This document shows positions 1-13,040 of a stretch of DNA of 64,000 nucleotides, in pieces. Made by a program: the position numbers and the translations under genes. The notes below the pieces were generated by a model. The model made no database searches. It saw only the letters and a program-made list of their open reading frames with translations, and had not been told where the DNA came from. Position 1 is the first letter of the stretch, and every line of letters starts with the position of its first letter. Source of the stretch: Dictyostelium discoideum (Eukaryota); assembly GCA_000004695.1 (NCBI GenBank), contig CM000153.2, forward strand, positions 4,960,001 through 5,024,000, given 5' to 3'.

Positions 1-351
1 ATAATGGGATTGTGTTGTTTTTGGATATTGAAAAAAAATAAAAATAAAAAATAAAAATAAATAAATAAAAAATTGAATCTCAATACAATGATCCAAATCA
101 CCAACTTTTTTTTATTTTTTATTTTTTTTTATTTTTTTTTTTTATTTTTTTAATTTTTTTTTTTTTTCACTCACACAATATTAATTATTTATAGATTTTT
201 CAATCTGTAGAATTTTACACTTACAACAATATAAAGATTTATCCCCAAATCCAAAAAAAAAAGCAATTAACTATTATTTGTTTTATTTTTTGAATATATA
301 ATTCTTTTTAACTTTTTTTTTTCTTCTTTATTTTTCTATTTTTAAAAAAGA

Positions 352-417
352 ATGGAAAATCAAAAAAAAAATAATTTTAATCAAATTGATTATTTTAGAT
401 GGGCCGACTATAGTAAA

Positions 418-493
<76 letters not shown>

Positions 494-1665
494 TAAATAA
501 TAATATTGATAATAATAATAGTTTTTATCGTTTCATTAGTCCTCCATTTAATAAAATTAATAATAATAATAATGCTAACAATTTCAATAATATAAATAAT
601 AATAATAATAATAATTTTAATAATTATCAACTAAATGATGGCAATAAGATTTCAATTAATAATATTTTAAATGATAATACAACCACTACCAATACATCAG
701 CAAATCAAAACTCTGCTAACACAAACAAAACATATAATTTCTCAAAAAATGAAAATGGAATTGTTTATGAAATTGATAATTTTATATTGGATTCCAATTT
801 AGTTCGTGAACAACCATTCAATAATTTTAATTACCTCAATATAATAAATAATATTCAAAATTTCCTTCAATTAATTTCAGGAAAGGTAGCTATTTAATTT
901 AATAATAGTTAATAATGATATTAAATAAATACTAATTAAATTATACAAAATAATAAGGTAAATTTATTGAATGTTATTTTGGGCATATTGGTTGATGATG
1001 TGAATAGATATTCAGTAAATCCGAATAGTATGTCAATTATTCCATCTGATAATTTTCCAACACCTCAGTTACCACTTGAAACTAATACTGATTTAAATAA
1101 CACTTCAGATTGCTCATCAACTACCTTTTCATCACCTCCATCTTCTGCATTTAATTCACCAAATCTCCAGAATGATTATACTCAACCTCAAAATCAAAAA
1201 TCACAATCCTCAACAATTGTTAAAAAAAATAGTAGTAAAAGCAAATCAAAAAACAATAAACAATCAAAAGATGATGGAGAAACCAATGATGGTGAATCAC
1301 CTGAAATTGAGGAAAAAAGAGTTATAAGATTAGATATGAATCTTAATCCAAATCCAACTATACCAAAAAGAGGTAGACCACTAAAAGTAAGACCATTTGA
1401 GTGCTCCATTTGTAAAATAAAATGTTCAATATATTGGAGAAGAATATTGATTAATGAAGTTCGTACCTCTGTATGTAATGCATGTGGTCTTAGAACAATG
1501 AAAAAAACTAAAAAGGAAAATATAGAAAAAAAAAAAAATAAAATCAGTAATATTTTAAATGACCATAATTCTGAAATAGATAACCAAATAATTATTTATC
1601 TTAATCAAAAAAAAACAACCACTACTACAACAACCACAACAACTTCAAGCACAAATAACCTAAAC

Positions 1666-1745
<80 letters not shown>

Positions 1746-1794
1746 TAACAATAATAATGATAACAATAATAATGATAACAATAATAATGATAAC

Positions 1795-1856
<62 letters not shown>

Positions 1857-1950
1857 TAATTATAATGATAGTATTTATTCAAGATTGTATAGTGATGATT
1901 ATGAAGATGAATATTATGAAGGTGAAGAATATGAAAATGAAGACGAGTAA
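352..1950 (+). CDS. GATA-type zinc-finger transcription factor, Asn/Thr-rich; proposed model join(352..885,958..1950)
   Basis: ATG at 352. Two same-frame ORFs (352..897 and 967..1950) are separated by a stop at 898. A 72-nt AT-rich interval 886..957 (GTAGCT...TAAG) removes the stop in phase 0. The C-terminal part has a GATA finger CSIC-x20-CNAC followed by a basic KKTKKE tail, and a long (AAT)n poly-Asn tract. The C-terminus is paralogous to the genes at 3061 and 8885 (RGRPxKxxPxxCxxC...YWR...CNxCGL...NILN). Confidence 0.55.
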
Positions 1951-2324
1951 CTATTTAATGGTGGTTCTTTAAAAATTTGGTTGTTTTTTTTTTTATTATT
2001 AATAAATTTGTAATTTTTAAAAAATATATTATAAATCGAATTTATTTTTCACTTTTTTATATTAATTAATCTGGATTTCTAATTAAATTTTTAATTCAAT
2101 ATAAAGTTTATTTTTTTTAATTTAAAAGTGAGAAAATAAAAAAATAAATAATATTAAGTTTATTAAAATACATAATATAAATCATTTTTTTTTTTTTATA
2201 TTTGAATTTGTGGTGTATATATCATTTATGAAAATAGAGAAAATTTAAAAAAAAAAAAAGAAGAAAAAATCAAAAATCAAAATTAAAATGGTTGGATAAG
2301 AAATATTTAAAACTGGTCTTAATG

Positions 2325-2377
<53 letters not shown>

Positions 2378-2582
2378 AAAACAAATTTAAATATTTGGAC
2401 CTATCTCTATTTGTTTTTTTTTTTTTTTAAATCTTTTAAAATTTTTTTTTTATTAAAATAAAATAAATGTTTTTTTTTTATTGACTCTATAAACAAAAAT
2501 ATTATTCAAAACAAAAAAAAAATAAAAAAATAAAAAAAAAAAAAATAAAAAAAATTGAAATTTTATTGATAACCACCCTTTT

Positions 2583-2613
<31 letters not shown>

Positions 2614-3001
2614 AAAAAAAATTTTGATCTTAAAAATAATAAAAAAATGGATTTTAAAAATATTAAAAAAATGATCCAAAAAAAAAAAAAAAATATTATT
2701 ACAACCCTTAAATAAAATTTGTAAAAGGTAAAAAAATTTTTTTCAAAAAAAAAAAAAAAAGTTAAATCTCTAATGAAAGTCCACCCAAAATTCTTTTAAA
2801 AAATTCAAAAAAAAATTTTAATCCTTAAAAATACCTATATTTATCCCAAACCCCCAAATTTAAATAAAATAAATTTAAAATAATTTAAAAAAAAAGGGGA
2901 AATTTTTTTTTGGTTTTTTTTTTTCAAAAATTTTTTTTTTTACCCCCAATTCATTAAATTTTTTTTCACAACCCCTTTCCAAACCCATTTTTTTTTTCCC
3001 C

Positions 3002-3044
<43 letters not shown>

Positions 3045-3060
3045 ATAATAATTTTTTAAA

Positions 3061-3221
3061 ATGGTTAAAAGAAATAATAATAATTCAATTAATTATGAAA
3101 TAAATAAAATAATTCCAGTACAAACAACCAAAGATATAAATTCCAAAAGAGAAAAAGAAATCCATGTGCAAATTAAAAAAATCAATTCTAATAGAACTTT
3201 TGTTTATGAAAATGTATTTAT

Positions 3222-3263
<42 letters not shown>

Positions 3264-3308
3264 CTTATTATAATTTAATTATTGATATTAATCTTTTTAT
3301 TTTTTAAA

Positions 3309-3343
<35 letters not shown>

Positions 3344-4091
3344 CTTTTTTTTTAAGATTCATAGACACATCTTATTGGTTTTAGAGAACTTTGGAAGTAC
3401 AAAGAATCTTTTTCTCGTCCTTTCAGACTGTCTTGCAACATTGAAAGGTTATGATTCTCAAGAGTACCAATTACAACTTGAGCTACAAACCATTTCTGAT
3501 TCAACTACAACTACTACAACAAACACTGTTTCCACTGTTGCCACTGCTTCCACTTCCAAAACTGCCACTTCCAAAAATGTCATTTCAAATATTGAAAACA
3601 ATACTAATAAGAGTCAACCATTGGAATCAAATGATTTAACTCCACCATCATCTAAATCATCTAATTCTTCCCCTTCAACATCTCCAAGCAAAAGAGTTTC
3701 CAAATCTAAAACAAGGGTAACAAAGAAACCAAACCAAGTTATTTCCACTAGTTCTTCTGGTGAAACTGAAAATCTTACTACAACCAGTACTGCTGATACC
3801 ACTGCTACCACTGATACTGCTGATACAACCGATGGCACAAATACAAGAACTAGCAATACATCCAGTGATGATACCACTACAGAATCAACCAAGAAAAGAG
3901 GTAGACCATCTAAAATTCAACCAGACAGTTGCTATGTTTGTAGAAGAACCTTTACTTCATATTGGAGAAAAGGTATCTTCAATGACCAAAATGAAGATCT
4001 TTGCAATCCTTGTGGTTTGAATTATTTGAAAAAAGGAAAAAAAGAACAAATTTCAAAAAATCAAAATAGTATCCACAATATTTTAAACTAA
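3061..4091 (+). CDS. GATA-type zinc-finger transcription factor (paralog of gene at 8885..10116); model join(3061..3213,3357..4091)
   Basis: Exon 1 runs from ATG 3061 to ...RTFVYEN, then GTATTT at 3214. The intron is 143 nt of poly-T ending TTTAAG at 3356. Exon 2 in phase 0 starts IHRHILLVLEN..., which parallels AHRHLKLALEN of the paralog. The C-terminus carries CYVC-x20-CNPC and GLNYLKKGKKEQ...HNILN. Confidence 0.7.
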
Positions 4092-4840
4092 CCTTTCTAA
4101 ATCCTTTTTGATAATTATCAAAAAACTATTTTTTAAAAATCAAAATAATGTAACATTTTTTAATCATTAATAATAATTTGTAAATAAATAAATAAATAAA
4201 GCATATAATCATTTATTTAATTTTTATTTTATTATTTTTATTATTTTTATTATTTTCAATATTAAAAACTCCACCACAGTTGGTTTTATTTTGAGGTGTT
4301 GATCAATCTATACCAATTCCAATTGATCATTGAAATCATTAATTATACCACAATAGTAAGCTGCCATCAATTCACCTAAACTACATTCTAATTCAATCGA
4401 ACCATAGATGCCACAATATAAAAAAAAAAAAATAAAAAAAAAAAAAAAAAAAAAAGGATGGCCAAATCAGAAAAAAAAAAATAAAAATAAAAAATAAAAT
4501 AAAAAAAAAATAAAAAAGAAAAATAAAAAATTTGATTATTCTAATAAAAAAAATTAAATTTTTAAAGATGTAATTGATAATGCCAAAAAAAAAAATACAT
4601 TTTAAAAGTGATAAACATAATAATAATTATTTTTTATTTTAAATAAAATACTATTTAATTTCATTACTTAAAAATTTTTATTTATTTTTAGATTATTTTT
4701 TACGAAAATATCTAAATTTTTTTTATGAAAATATCTGAATTTTTTTTATGAAAATATCTGAATTTTTTTTATTTTTTTTTTTTATTTTTTTATTAAAGTT
4801 TTATTTTCTCTGCAACTCTACTTTGGTTGTAAACATTATT

Positions 4841-4903
<63 letters not shown>

Positions 4904-4994
4904 GTTATAATAATAATATTCATTATGCTTTAAATAGTATTGATCTATTGTTAATAAATTAGTCCAATTTTGTAAATTTATAGAATCTATTATC

Positions 4995-5158
4995 GAAGTT
5001 TCTTAGTTGTCACCTTTCATGGATAGAATTTTTTTTTTTCAAAATAGAAATTGCCTCAAATGTATAATGAATTCGAAATAGAATTCGTTATACATTTGAA
5101 ACAACTTCTATTTTGAAAAAAAAAAATTCAATGTATGAAGGTGACAACTAAGAAAGTT
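4995..5158. repeat. Imperfect nested palindrome (~165 bp), centre near 5078 (cgaaatagaattcg)
   Basis: Outer arm 4995..5020 (gaagtttcttagttgtcacctttcat) is the reverse complement of 5134..5158. Inner arm 5034..5071 is the reverse complement of 5084..5122, with about 85-90% arm identity. Confidence 0.7.
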
Positions 5159-5685
5159 CATAATGAAATTCAAGATGCCAATTGGTCCAGTATCGTTCTA
5201 ATCTTTTTGATGATAAATATGGTCATAATTAGTATCTTATGGTATTATTTGAACACGATTGGGTGTATCAATTTTATTGGTGATCAAATTTATTTAACTG
5301 CTTGATCAATTTTAAAATAAAAATAAAAAAGTAAAAATAAAAAATTTTTCAAAGCAAGTATCGATAATGTGATCTATTTAATTTTTTTTTTTTTTTTTTT
5401 TCTTTCTCTTTTTTTTTTCTTTTTATTATTTTATTATTTTATTGTTTTATTGTTTTATTATTTTACATCATTATTTGCTTATTAGCCTTTAATTTTTCCT
5501 TTAATTTTGTTTTTTTTTTTATAAAATGGAATCAAATACATTAACAATTAAAATTATAATAATAAACAATAATGAAAACAATAATGATAATAAGAGAAGA
5601 TGAATAGTCAATGGAAAAATTCTATAATTTGTAATTCTTGCAGTTTAAAATGTATGGTACTAAGTTATAAAATAAATAAAATAAA

Positions 5686-5728
<43 letters not shown>

Positions 5729-6019
5729 GAAAACACAACTACCTTATAAAAATATTTTTGTTTATTATATTTTTTTACTTTCTTTCTCTTTCATATGAAT
5801 TATAGGGTTTTAACCATTATTTCGATTTGGTAAATTTTGGAACCAAATCATTTGTATCTAATGGTTGATTATCATTAATAGTATTATTTGCATTATAAAT
5901 ACTATTGATATTATTAATATTTTTTAAATTACTATTATACAATTGTACTTATTATTATAAATATGTTTAAAACAGTTTGAGTTATATTTAAAACTATTGG
6001 TATAATTATTTATAATAAA

Positions 6020-6089
6020 TTAATAGGTGGGAAAATCGAAATCAATAAATAAGTTTTGATCTATAATATTGTTTTCATCATCATTATCA

Positions 6090-6157
<68 letters not shown>

Positions 6158-7683
6158 TTTATAAATGTTTTGATTATTTTGATTTAAAATTAAAGAATCA
6201 ATATCATCATTAATTTTATTTTTATTATTTTCTTCTTTTCTCTCAATAAAATAACTTGTATCACAATCATTTTCAACAAATGGTTGAAAAACCAATACCT
6301 TTTGATCTTCATAAATTTTCCAATTAATTTCTGAAAAGAATGGATGACATTTAACTTCATCAACACCATTTGCACCTAATCTTACACTTGGATTTGGATC
6401 TAATAATTTTTCAATTAAATCAATTGCCACTGGGTATAGCTTTTTAGGAAAATAAAGTTTTTTTTTATGATTTGTAATTTTATTAAATATTATTCTTACA
6501 TTTTTTTCATCATTATCTGATTTTGGATTAATTGATTCATTTGGTTCATCTTCTTGAAATGGTGGATAACCAATTAAAAATTCATACAAAATGATTCCCA
6601 ATGACCACCAATCAATAGTTTTACCATATCCTTTACCCAAAATTACCTCTGGAGGAATATAATATGGAGTACCAAGAATCTTTTGATTTTCAGTAGTGTT
6701 ATTATTATTTGTGTTGTACAAAGTAAAAGAATTCTTTAAAATTTTAATATTACAACTTTCATCAACAAAATCAAATTTTGATAAACCAAAATCTGCTAAT
6801 TTAATATGACCATTTGAATCTATTAAGATATTATCTGGTTTTAAATCTCTATGAATTATACCATGGTTATGAAGATATTCTAAACATATTATTATTTGAG
6901 CAATAATATTCTTTGTTAAATCTTCAGGCATATTATTATTAAATGAACGTAATAATGATGCACAATCACCACCATTTAAAAATTCCATAACGAAAAAAAG
7001 TTTTTTATCAGTTTGAAATGAAGAAAATAATTCTACAATAAAATTACATTTATAATTTGACAAAATTGTTTTTTCAATATTAACTTGATCAACCATCATT
7101 TTTTTAATTGTATCACTTTTTTTTATTACTTTTATTGCTACTGTTTTTTTGGTTATTTTATTTTCTGCCAAATAAACCTTTCCAAATCCACCTTTTGAAA
7201 TCACTTTTAAAAAATTAAAATCATCTAATGGTGTAATTTTGGTTGAACATATTGAAATAATATCATGTGATAATGGTTTTACTTTTGGTTGAGATAAAAC
7301 TGGACTTTCAAATTTTGGTGATGATATTGAAAGGTCATTACTTTTTTTTATTTTATAATCTTGATAAAATTTATTTGAACAATTGGTATTAATGAATTGG
7401 TAATTTTCAATTTCACCATACTCTATAAACCTTTTTTTATTATTTATTTTTATATAAATAATTTTATATGTAACTACATTATCACTAAATAAATTTCAAT
7501 AATTAGTATTTTTTTTATTTTTTTTTTTTTATTTTTTTTTATTTTTTTAAATTAATAATGTAAAAAATAAAATAAAAAAATGAAATAAAATAAAAATTAA
7601 AACATACTCCAATTTTGAATAATAATCAGAAAAGTCATTTTTAAAATGTGGTAAATTTTTATTTATTATAAACATTTATATTT
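6020..7683 (-). CDS. AGC-family Ser/Thr protein kinase, MAST/Greatwall-like; model join(7683..7616,7430..6020)
   Basis: Kinase motifs are present: GGFGKVYLA (Gly loop), [29 protein letters not shown], a long insert before [28 protein letters not shown], and a C-terminal AGC tail with an FxxF-type hydrophobic motif. The minus-strand frame stays open upstream of the track start (…[23 protein letters not shown]) to a TGA near 7495 with no ATG. This implies a 5' exon. The proposed exon 1 runs from ATG 7683 to GA|GTATGT at 7615, and an intron of 185 nt ends ...AAAAAAAG at 7431, giving a phase-consistent join. Confidence 0.7.
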
Positions 7684-8760
7684 TATTATTGTATGATCAG
7701 ATTAGGATTTAGAAAATAATAATTATGATATAAATTTAATTATCCGGTCGATTTATTTTTATTTATTAAATTGTACCCTTTATCATACAACAAATATTAT
7801 TAAAAATTAAAAAAAATAATAATTTAAAAATTAAATAAAAATAATGCTTTTGTTTGTAAAATAGCAAAAAACCGTTTTGATGAATTCAATACCAATTTAA
7901 TCATTCCTGGAATAAAAAAAAAAAAAAAAAAAAAAAAATATTATTGTTTTTTTTTTATATATTTATTTTTATTTTTATTGAAATTTCAATGTATAGATAG
8001 TTACTACTACCACGCTAAAAAGAATCACAGATGTGTGTTCAAGTGGGGTTTGAAATAATTTTTTTTTTTTTATTTGAAAAAAATAAAATTTTAATACACA
8101 TAAACAAATAAAAAAAAAATAAAAAAAAATTCACTTATTTTCACACATTAAAAAACCACACTACATAAAAATAGGAAAAAGAAATATATTTAGTATTGTT
8201 ATTACATCTATGTTGGTTATAATTTACAAATTTATCCAAACGAATTTTTTTTTTTTTCGTTTAATTATACCATTATTGGTAATATTTATGGAAAAAAAAA
8301 CAAAATACAAAATGAAGTGTATGAAAATTTTATATTTAATTTTAATTTTAATTCTATTTTTAATTTTTATTTTATTATAATCTATATTTTTATTTTTTTT
8401 TGAAATCTAGTTTTGCAATATGTTTAAAAAAAAAAAAAAAATAAAAATAAAAATAAAAAAAACAAAAAAAAAAAAATGGTTAAAATCCTTTAATTATTAC
8501 AAGCATGATGTTATTTGAATGTGTTAATTTTTTTTATTCATGTAGTGTAATCGACATGCATTTCAAAATAAAATATATATTTTCTATTTTAAAATTGTTA
8601 TTTAAATATAGAATGATTGGATGTTTTTGGTTTTTTTAAAAAAAAAAAAAATTAATTTATATATTTATAAATGATTAATACATAAATAAATTTAAAAAGG
8701 TAGCTTTTTATTAAAATATTTTTTTTATTTAAAATTGTTTGGTAAAGATATAGATTAAAA

Positions 8761-8795
<35 letters not shown>

Positions 8796-8884
8796 AAATG
8801 TTACAATTATTGTTTAAAAAATTATTAAAAAATGAATTTGATTTAAAAAAATGTTGGAAAAGTAAAAAAAGATTTAGAAAGAGG

Positions 8885-9788
8885 TTAGTTCAAAACATTT
8901 TTGATACTATGTTTTTGTCTGGAAAGTCTCTCTTTCTTTTCTTTATTCATGTAGTATAGTCCACATTCATTGCATAGGTCAACTACAACACCATTATCTG
9001 TACCTCTTCTCCAATATGGAGTTTCGGTTACTTTACAGACATAGCAATTTTCTGGAAATATCCTTGGTGGTCTTTCTTTTACCTTGCTTTCTTCTGTGAT
9101 ATCATCAGTGGTTGTAGTAGTACCGATAATATTGGAGTCAGTAGTAGTAATGGGAGTGGTGGTGGTGGTAATGGCAGTGCTAACATTTCCTTTTGTCTTG
9201 GTTTTGGAAATTCCTTTTGTTTTTGATGATGGTGGTTTAGAATCATTTGAATCCAATGGTGGAGTATTATCGACATTGTCTTCATCACTATCATCTTTGT
9301 CTTGATCATCTTTTTGATCATCTTCTTCATCATCACTACTATTCATATCAATTGGTTTGGAACGTACACCACGTGTTTTTGGTTTTGAAACTAAGGCGGA
9401 ATTATTATTTTTGGTAAGTGAATTGGAAGTGGTGGTAGTAGTAGTGGTAGTGTTAGTGGGAGTTGAAGTAGAAGTGGAAGCAGTGGAAAGAGCAACACTG
9501 GTATTAACAGGGTTAACTGATAATGAGGCAATGGCTGTGGTAATGGCGTTTTCATTGATTGTGTTTTGACTGGTATTAACACTATTAACTGGTAAAAGTA
9601 ATTCTGATGTATCGCTAGAATATTGTAATTCCAAACACTCTAGCTCAGCATTCAAACTGGCTTCAAGAGCATCAAATTCTTTCAATGTTACATGGAAGTC
9701 TTTTAGGAGCATTGGTAAATTCAACGCAAGAGTAGCATTTTCCAAAGCCAATTTAAGATGTCTATGAGCCTATATTTTAAATTATTTA

Positions 9789-9857
<69 letters not shown>

Positions 9858-10116
9858 AAAATAATAAAAATAAATTAATAAAATAAAAATAAAAAAAATA
9901 ATTTATAAAAATAATAATAATAATAATTACATTTTTATAAATAAACATTCTTTCCGATTTAATTGTATAAATTAATTCATGGATATCTCTTTCTCTTTCG
10001 GATTTATAATTTTTAATTGGTTGTTGTAGTTGTTCTGGATTTCGTCTAAGTTTTTTTTCTAAATTTTTTCCAAAGGATTCAAGGTTAAATGATTGCATAG
10101 TTTTTCTTTTTCCCAT
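8885..10116 (-). CDS. GATA-type zinc-finger transcription factor (paralog of 3061..4091); model join(10116..9931,9769..8885)
   Basis: Exon 1 is MGKRKTMQSF...IKSERMFIYKN, then GTAATT at 9930. The intron is 161 nt, mostly poly-A/T, ending ATATAG at 9770. Exon 2 in phase 0 is AHRHLKLALENATL.... Exon 1 and the intron position are conserved with the gene at 3061. The C-terminus carries CYVC-x20-CNEC and GLYYMNKEKKERL...KNVLN. Confidence 0.7.
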
Positions 10117-10555
10117 TATAAAATTATAATGTGTGGATTCTATTTGGTGTTGGAGAAAAATAATTAGTGAAATAAAAAAAAAAAAAAAAAATTTATAAAA
10201 AAAAAAAATTTGAAATTATTTTAAGCTTTTTATATATTTTTTTTTTTTTTTTTTTTTTTTTTGTTCTTTTAAATGATTTCTTGGTAGGATATGGTATTTA
10301 TCCATTTTTGGAGTTTTAAATTAATGAAAAGAATAGTATTTGATTTAAAAAGAACCTTTTTACTATTTTTTGTTTTTGTCCTATTAAATTTAATGATATT
10401 TATCATTTTTTTTTGATTTTTTAGATTTTTTAGATTCATCTTTTTTTTATTTCTCAGATCATATTTTATTTTATTTTTATTTTTTATTTTTTATTTTTTT
10501 TTTCAATTTTCTTTTTTTTTTTTTTTTTCAAAAACCCAATTTTTTTTTTCCAAAC

Positions 10556-10596
<41 letters not shown>

Positions 10597-10998
10597 CTCA
10601 AATGGAAAAGCATCCTACAACACCAAATACAACAACAACCACATTAATGACAAAAACAATACACAATAACTACAACAATAATATTAACGACAACAACTAG
10701 TTTATGAAAGCAATAGGAGTTTTAGAAAGGTTGGCACAATGCTATCATTAGGGGTCATTTGTGGCGATAGTAGATTTCACAACAACCACTAATACTACAC
10801 AACCAAAAGAAAAACCACTTTGTGGAACAGATGAGATTATCAACTGATAACAATAACACAATACAAGCAGTTAAAAGCATCCATTTGGTTTATTTGAAGC
10901 AACATCAACCATTTTATCGAGCGTAATCAACATTAAACCAATTATTTCATCATTATCAGGTAGTCAAACTTCAACAATAAAATAAAAATAAAAATAAA

Positions 10999-11029
<31 letters not shown>

Positions 11030-11869
11030 TCCTCAATTCACTTTTAGAATAATCAATCTTCATATAATCATTATTAAAAGAACAAGAACCAGAACCAGAA
11101 CAACAACCATTTAAGAGTTCATAATTCGAATGGTCACCAAAATTAGCAAGAGAAGGATATCAATTCCTTCCATCAAAGAACTATCAAAGAAACCTGATAA
11201 AGAATTATCAACAATTCAAGGTTTGCAATTTTAAGAGATGGTTGTTGATTAGTATTCCAATTTATTTACCAGGTTAAACGAATTTAGTTTGATCAGATTA
11301 AATACCTGCTCAATAAATTTTTTAATTTCCTCACACTTCAAATAAAATATAAATAAATAAAAAATAATTATTATTATTATTATTATTATTATTAATTCTT
11401 TTTAACAATATGAAAAAATCATTGAATGTTTATTATTTTTATTTTTATTTTTTTGTGGTGATAATATATATAATATAATATGAACAACAAATGAAAATAA
11501 ATCAAACCCCACCAAACAAAACATCATATTACAATAGTTTTGGTGGGCAAATTTATTTTATTTTTTTAGGGTCGTTTTAAAAAAAAAAAAAATTATGTGT
11601 GGTTAGAAATTAAAAAAATTATTATTTATTTTTATTATTATTAACGAATTACAAAACTTTCAAGCTCACCCTGATTCTACACATTTGAATTTATAGATTT
11701 TTATAATTAATGATTTTTAATATTGGATTTTATTTTTATTTTAAATCTAATATTAGAAATCATTTTTAGGGTAATTTGATTGAAAATTCAGAAAAAACTA
11801 TTTTTTATTTTTTTTTAATTTTTTTTTTTTTTTTTTTAAAAAATAAATTTGGAACCACCAAAGTTTCTT

Positions 11870-11952
11870 TTTTTTTTTGATGTTCTTAGAAGATGACATA
11901 AGAAGATCAGCAATTTAATTATTACAATTAAAAAATTAGATAATAAAAATGA

Positions 11953-12004
<52 letters not shown>

Positions 12005-13040
12005 CAAAGATTGATTCTTATTTAAAGTTTTTTTTTTTTTTATTTTTAATCATTAAATAAAAAACATACAAATAAATAAATAAAAAAGTAAAAAAAAAAA
12101 AAAAAATTAAAATGAATTCAATTGAAAATAATAATAATAAAAATAATAATAAAAATAATAATAAGATTTGGTTAATCACAGGAACATCAAGTGGCATTGG
12201 TTTAGAATTAGTAAAGAAGTTGTTAACATATGGTTATAAAGTTTCAGCATTAACTCGTAGACCAGAAGAGATTGAAAAAGAGATTAAAGAAATTCAATTT
12301 GAAAAAGATAATTTATTAATTGTTAAAACTGATATTACAAATAATGAATCAGTAAAGAGTGCAGTAGAAGAGACTATTAAACAGTTTGGTAGAATTGATG
12401 TATTGGTGAATAATGCTGGTTATGGTTTGGTAGGTTCAATCGAAGAGTTATCAGATTCAGACGTTAGAAAGATATATGATGTAAATGTATTTGGTGTTTT
12501 AAATTTATTAAGAAATTCAACACCACATTTTAGAAAACAAAAATCAGGTTTAATAATTAACATATCCTCTCAAATGGGTTGGGATAATATGGAATATTAT
12601 TCAGCATATAGTTCAACTAAACATGCAGTTAATGCAATTACATTCTCTGCACAAAAAGAGTTAAAAGCATTTGGAGTGAATGTAATATTAGTTAGTCCAG
12701 GTGGATTTAGAACTGGTTTCGTTGCTGGTCAACAATCAAACTTTCAAGTACCTTCAAAATTTATTGATGAATATTCAACTCAATCATTCATTGAAATGTT
12801 TAATAAATATTCACCATATTCAAAAGGCGATCCTGAAAAAGCAGCTGAACTCTTAATTAAATTACCAACAATTGAAGAATTACCAAATAATTTATTCATT
12901 GGCTCTGATTCATTATCAGCTGCCAAACAACAATTACAATCACATTTATTAGAAGCTGAAAAATGGTCTGACCTTTCAATTTCAACTGATTACTAAAGAT
13001 ATTAAAAAAAATAAAATAAAATTAAATAAACCTTTTTTGT
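11870..13040 (+). repeat. Segmental duplication unit A (SDR gene plus ~240 bp 5' flank plus ~45 bp 3' flank)
   Basis: It is near-identical to 18346..19490 and inverted relative to 17100..18215. The coding sequence differs from copy C by about 2 nt. Confidence 0.8.
12112..12996 (+). CDS. Short-chain dehydrogenase/reductase (SDR), classical type, copy A
   Basis: The 294-aa ORF has the TGTSSGIGLE cofactor motif, NNAG, a catalytic YSSTKHAV (YxxxK) motif and an upstream Ser. It appears to be a single exon. Confidence 0.85.
   Translation: MNSIENNNNKNNNKNNNKIWLITGTSSGIGLELVKKLLTYGYKVSALTRRPEEIEKEIKEIQFEKDNLLIVKTDITNNESVKSAVEETIKQFGRIDVLVNNAGYGLVGSIEELSDSDVRKIYDVNVFGVLNLLRNSTPHFRKQKSGLIINISSQMGWDNMEYYSAYSSTKHAVNAITFSAQKELKAFGVNVILVSPGGFRTGFVAGQQSNFQVPSKFIDEYSTQSFIEMFNKYSPYSKGDPEKAAELLIKLPTIEELPNNLFIGSDSLSAAKQQLQSHLLEAEKWSDLSISTDY

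Noticed and set aside
328-630. Minus-strand poly-Ile ORF overlapping the first GATA gene
   Set aside because: It is an antisense reading of (AAT)n. The same applies to 1605..1796, 1625..1882, 1742..1972, 32886..33254, 53763..54092, 4748..4933 and 19790..19978. These are homopolymeric Ile/Tyr/Leu/Phe translations of microsatellites, not genes.
9721-10116. 131-aa ORF ending in a poly-Phe tail
   Set aside because: Only the first 62 codons are coding (exon 1 of the GATA gene). The remainder is the poly-A/T intron read through.
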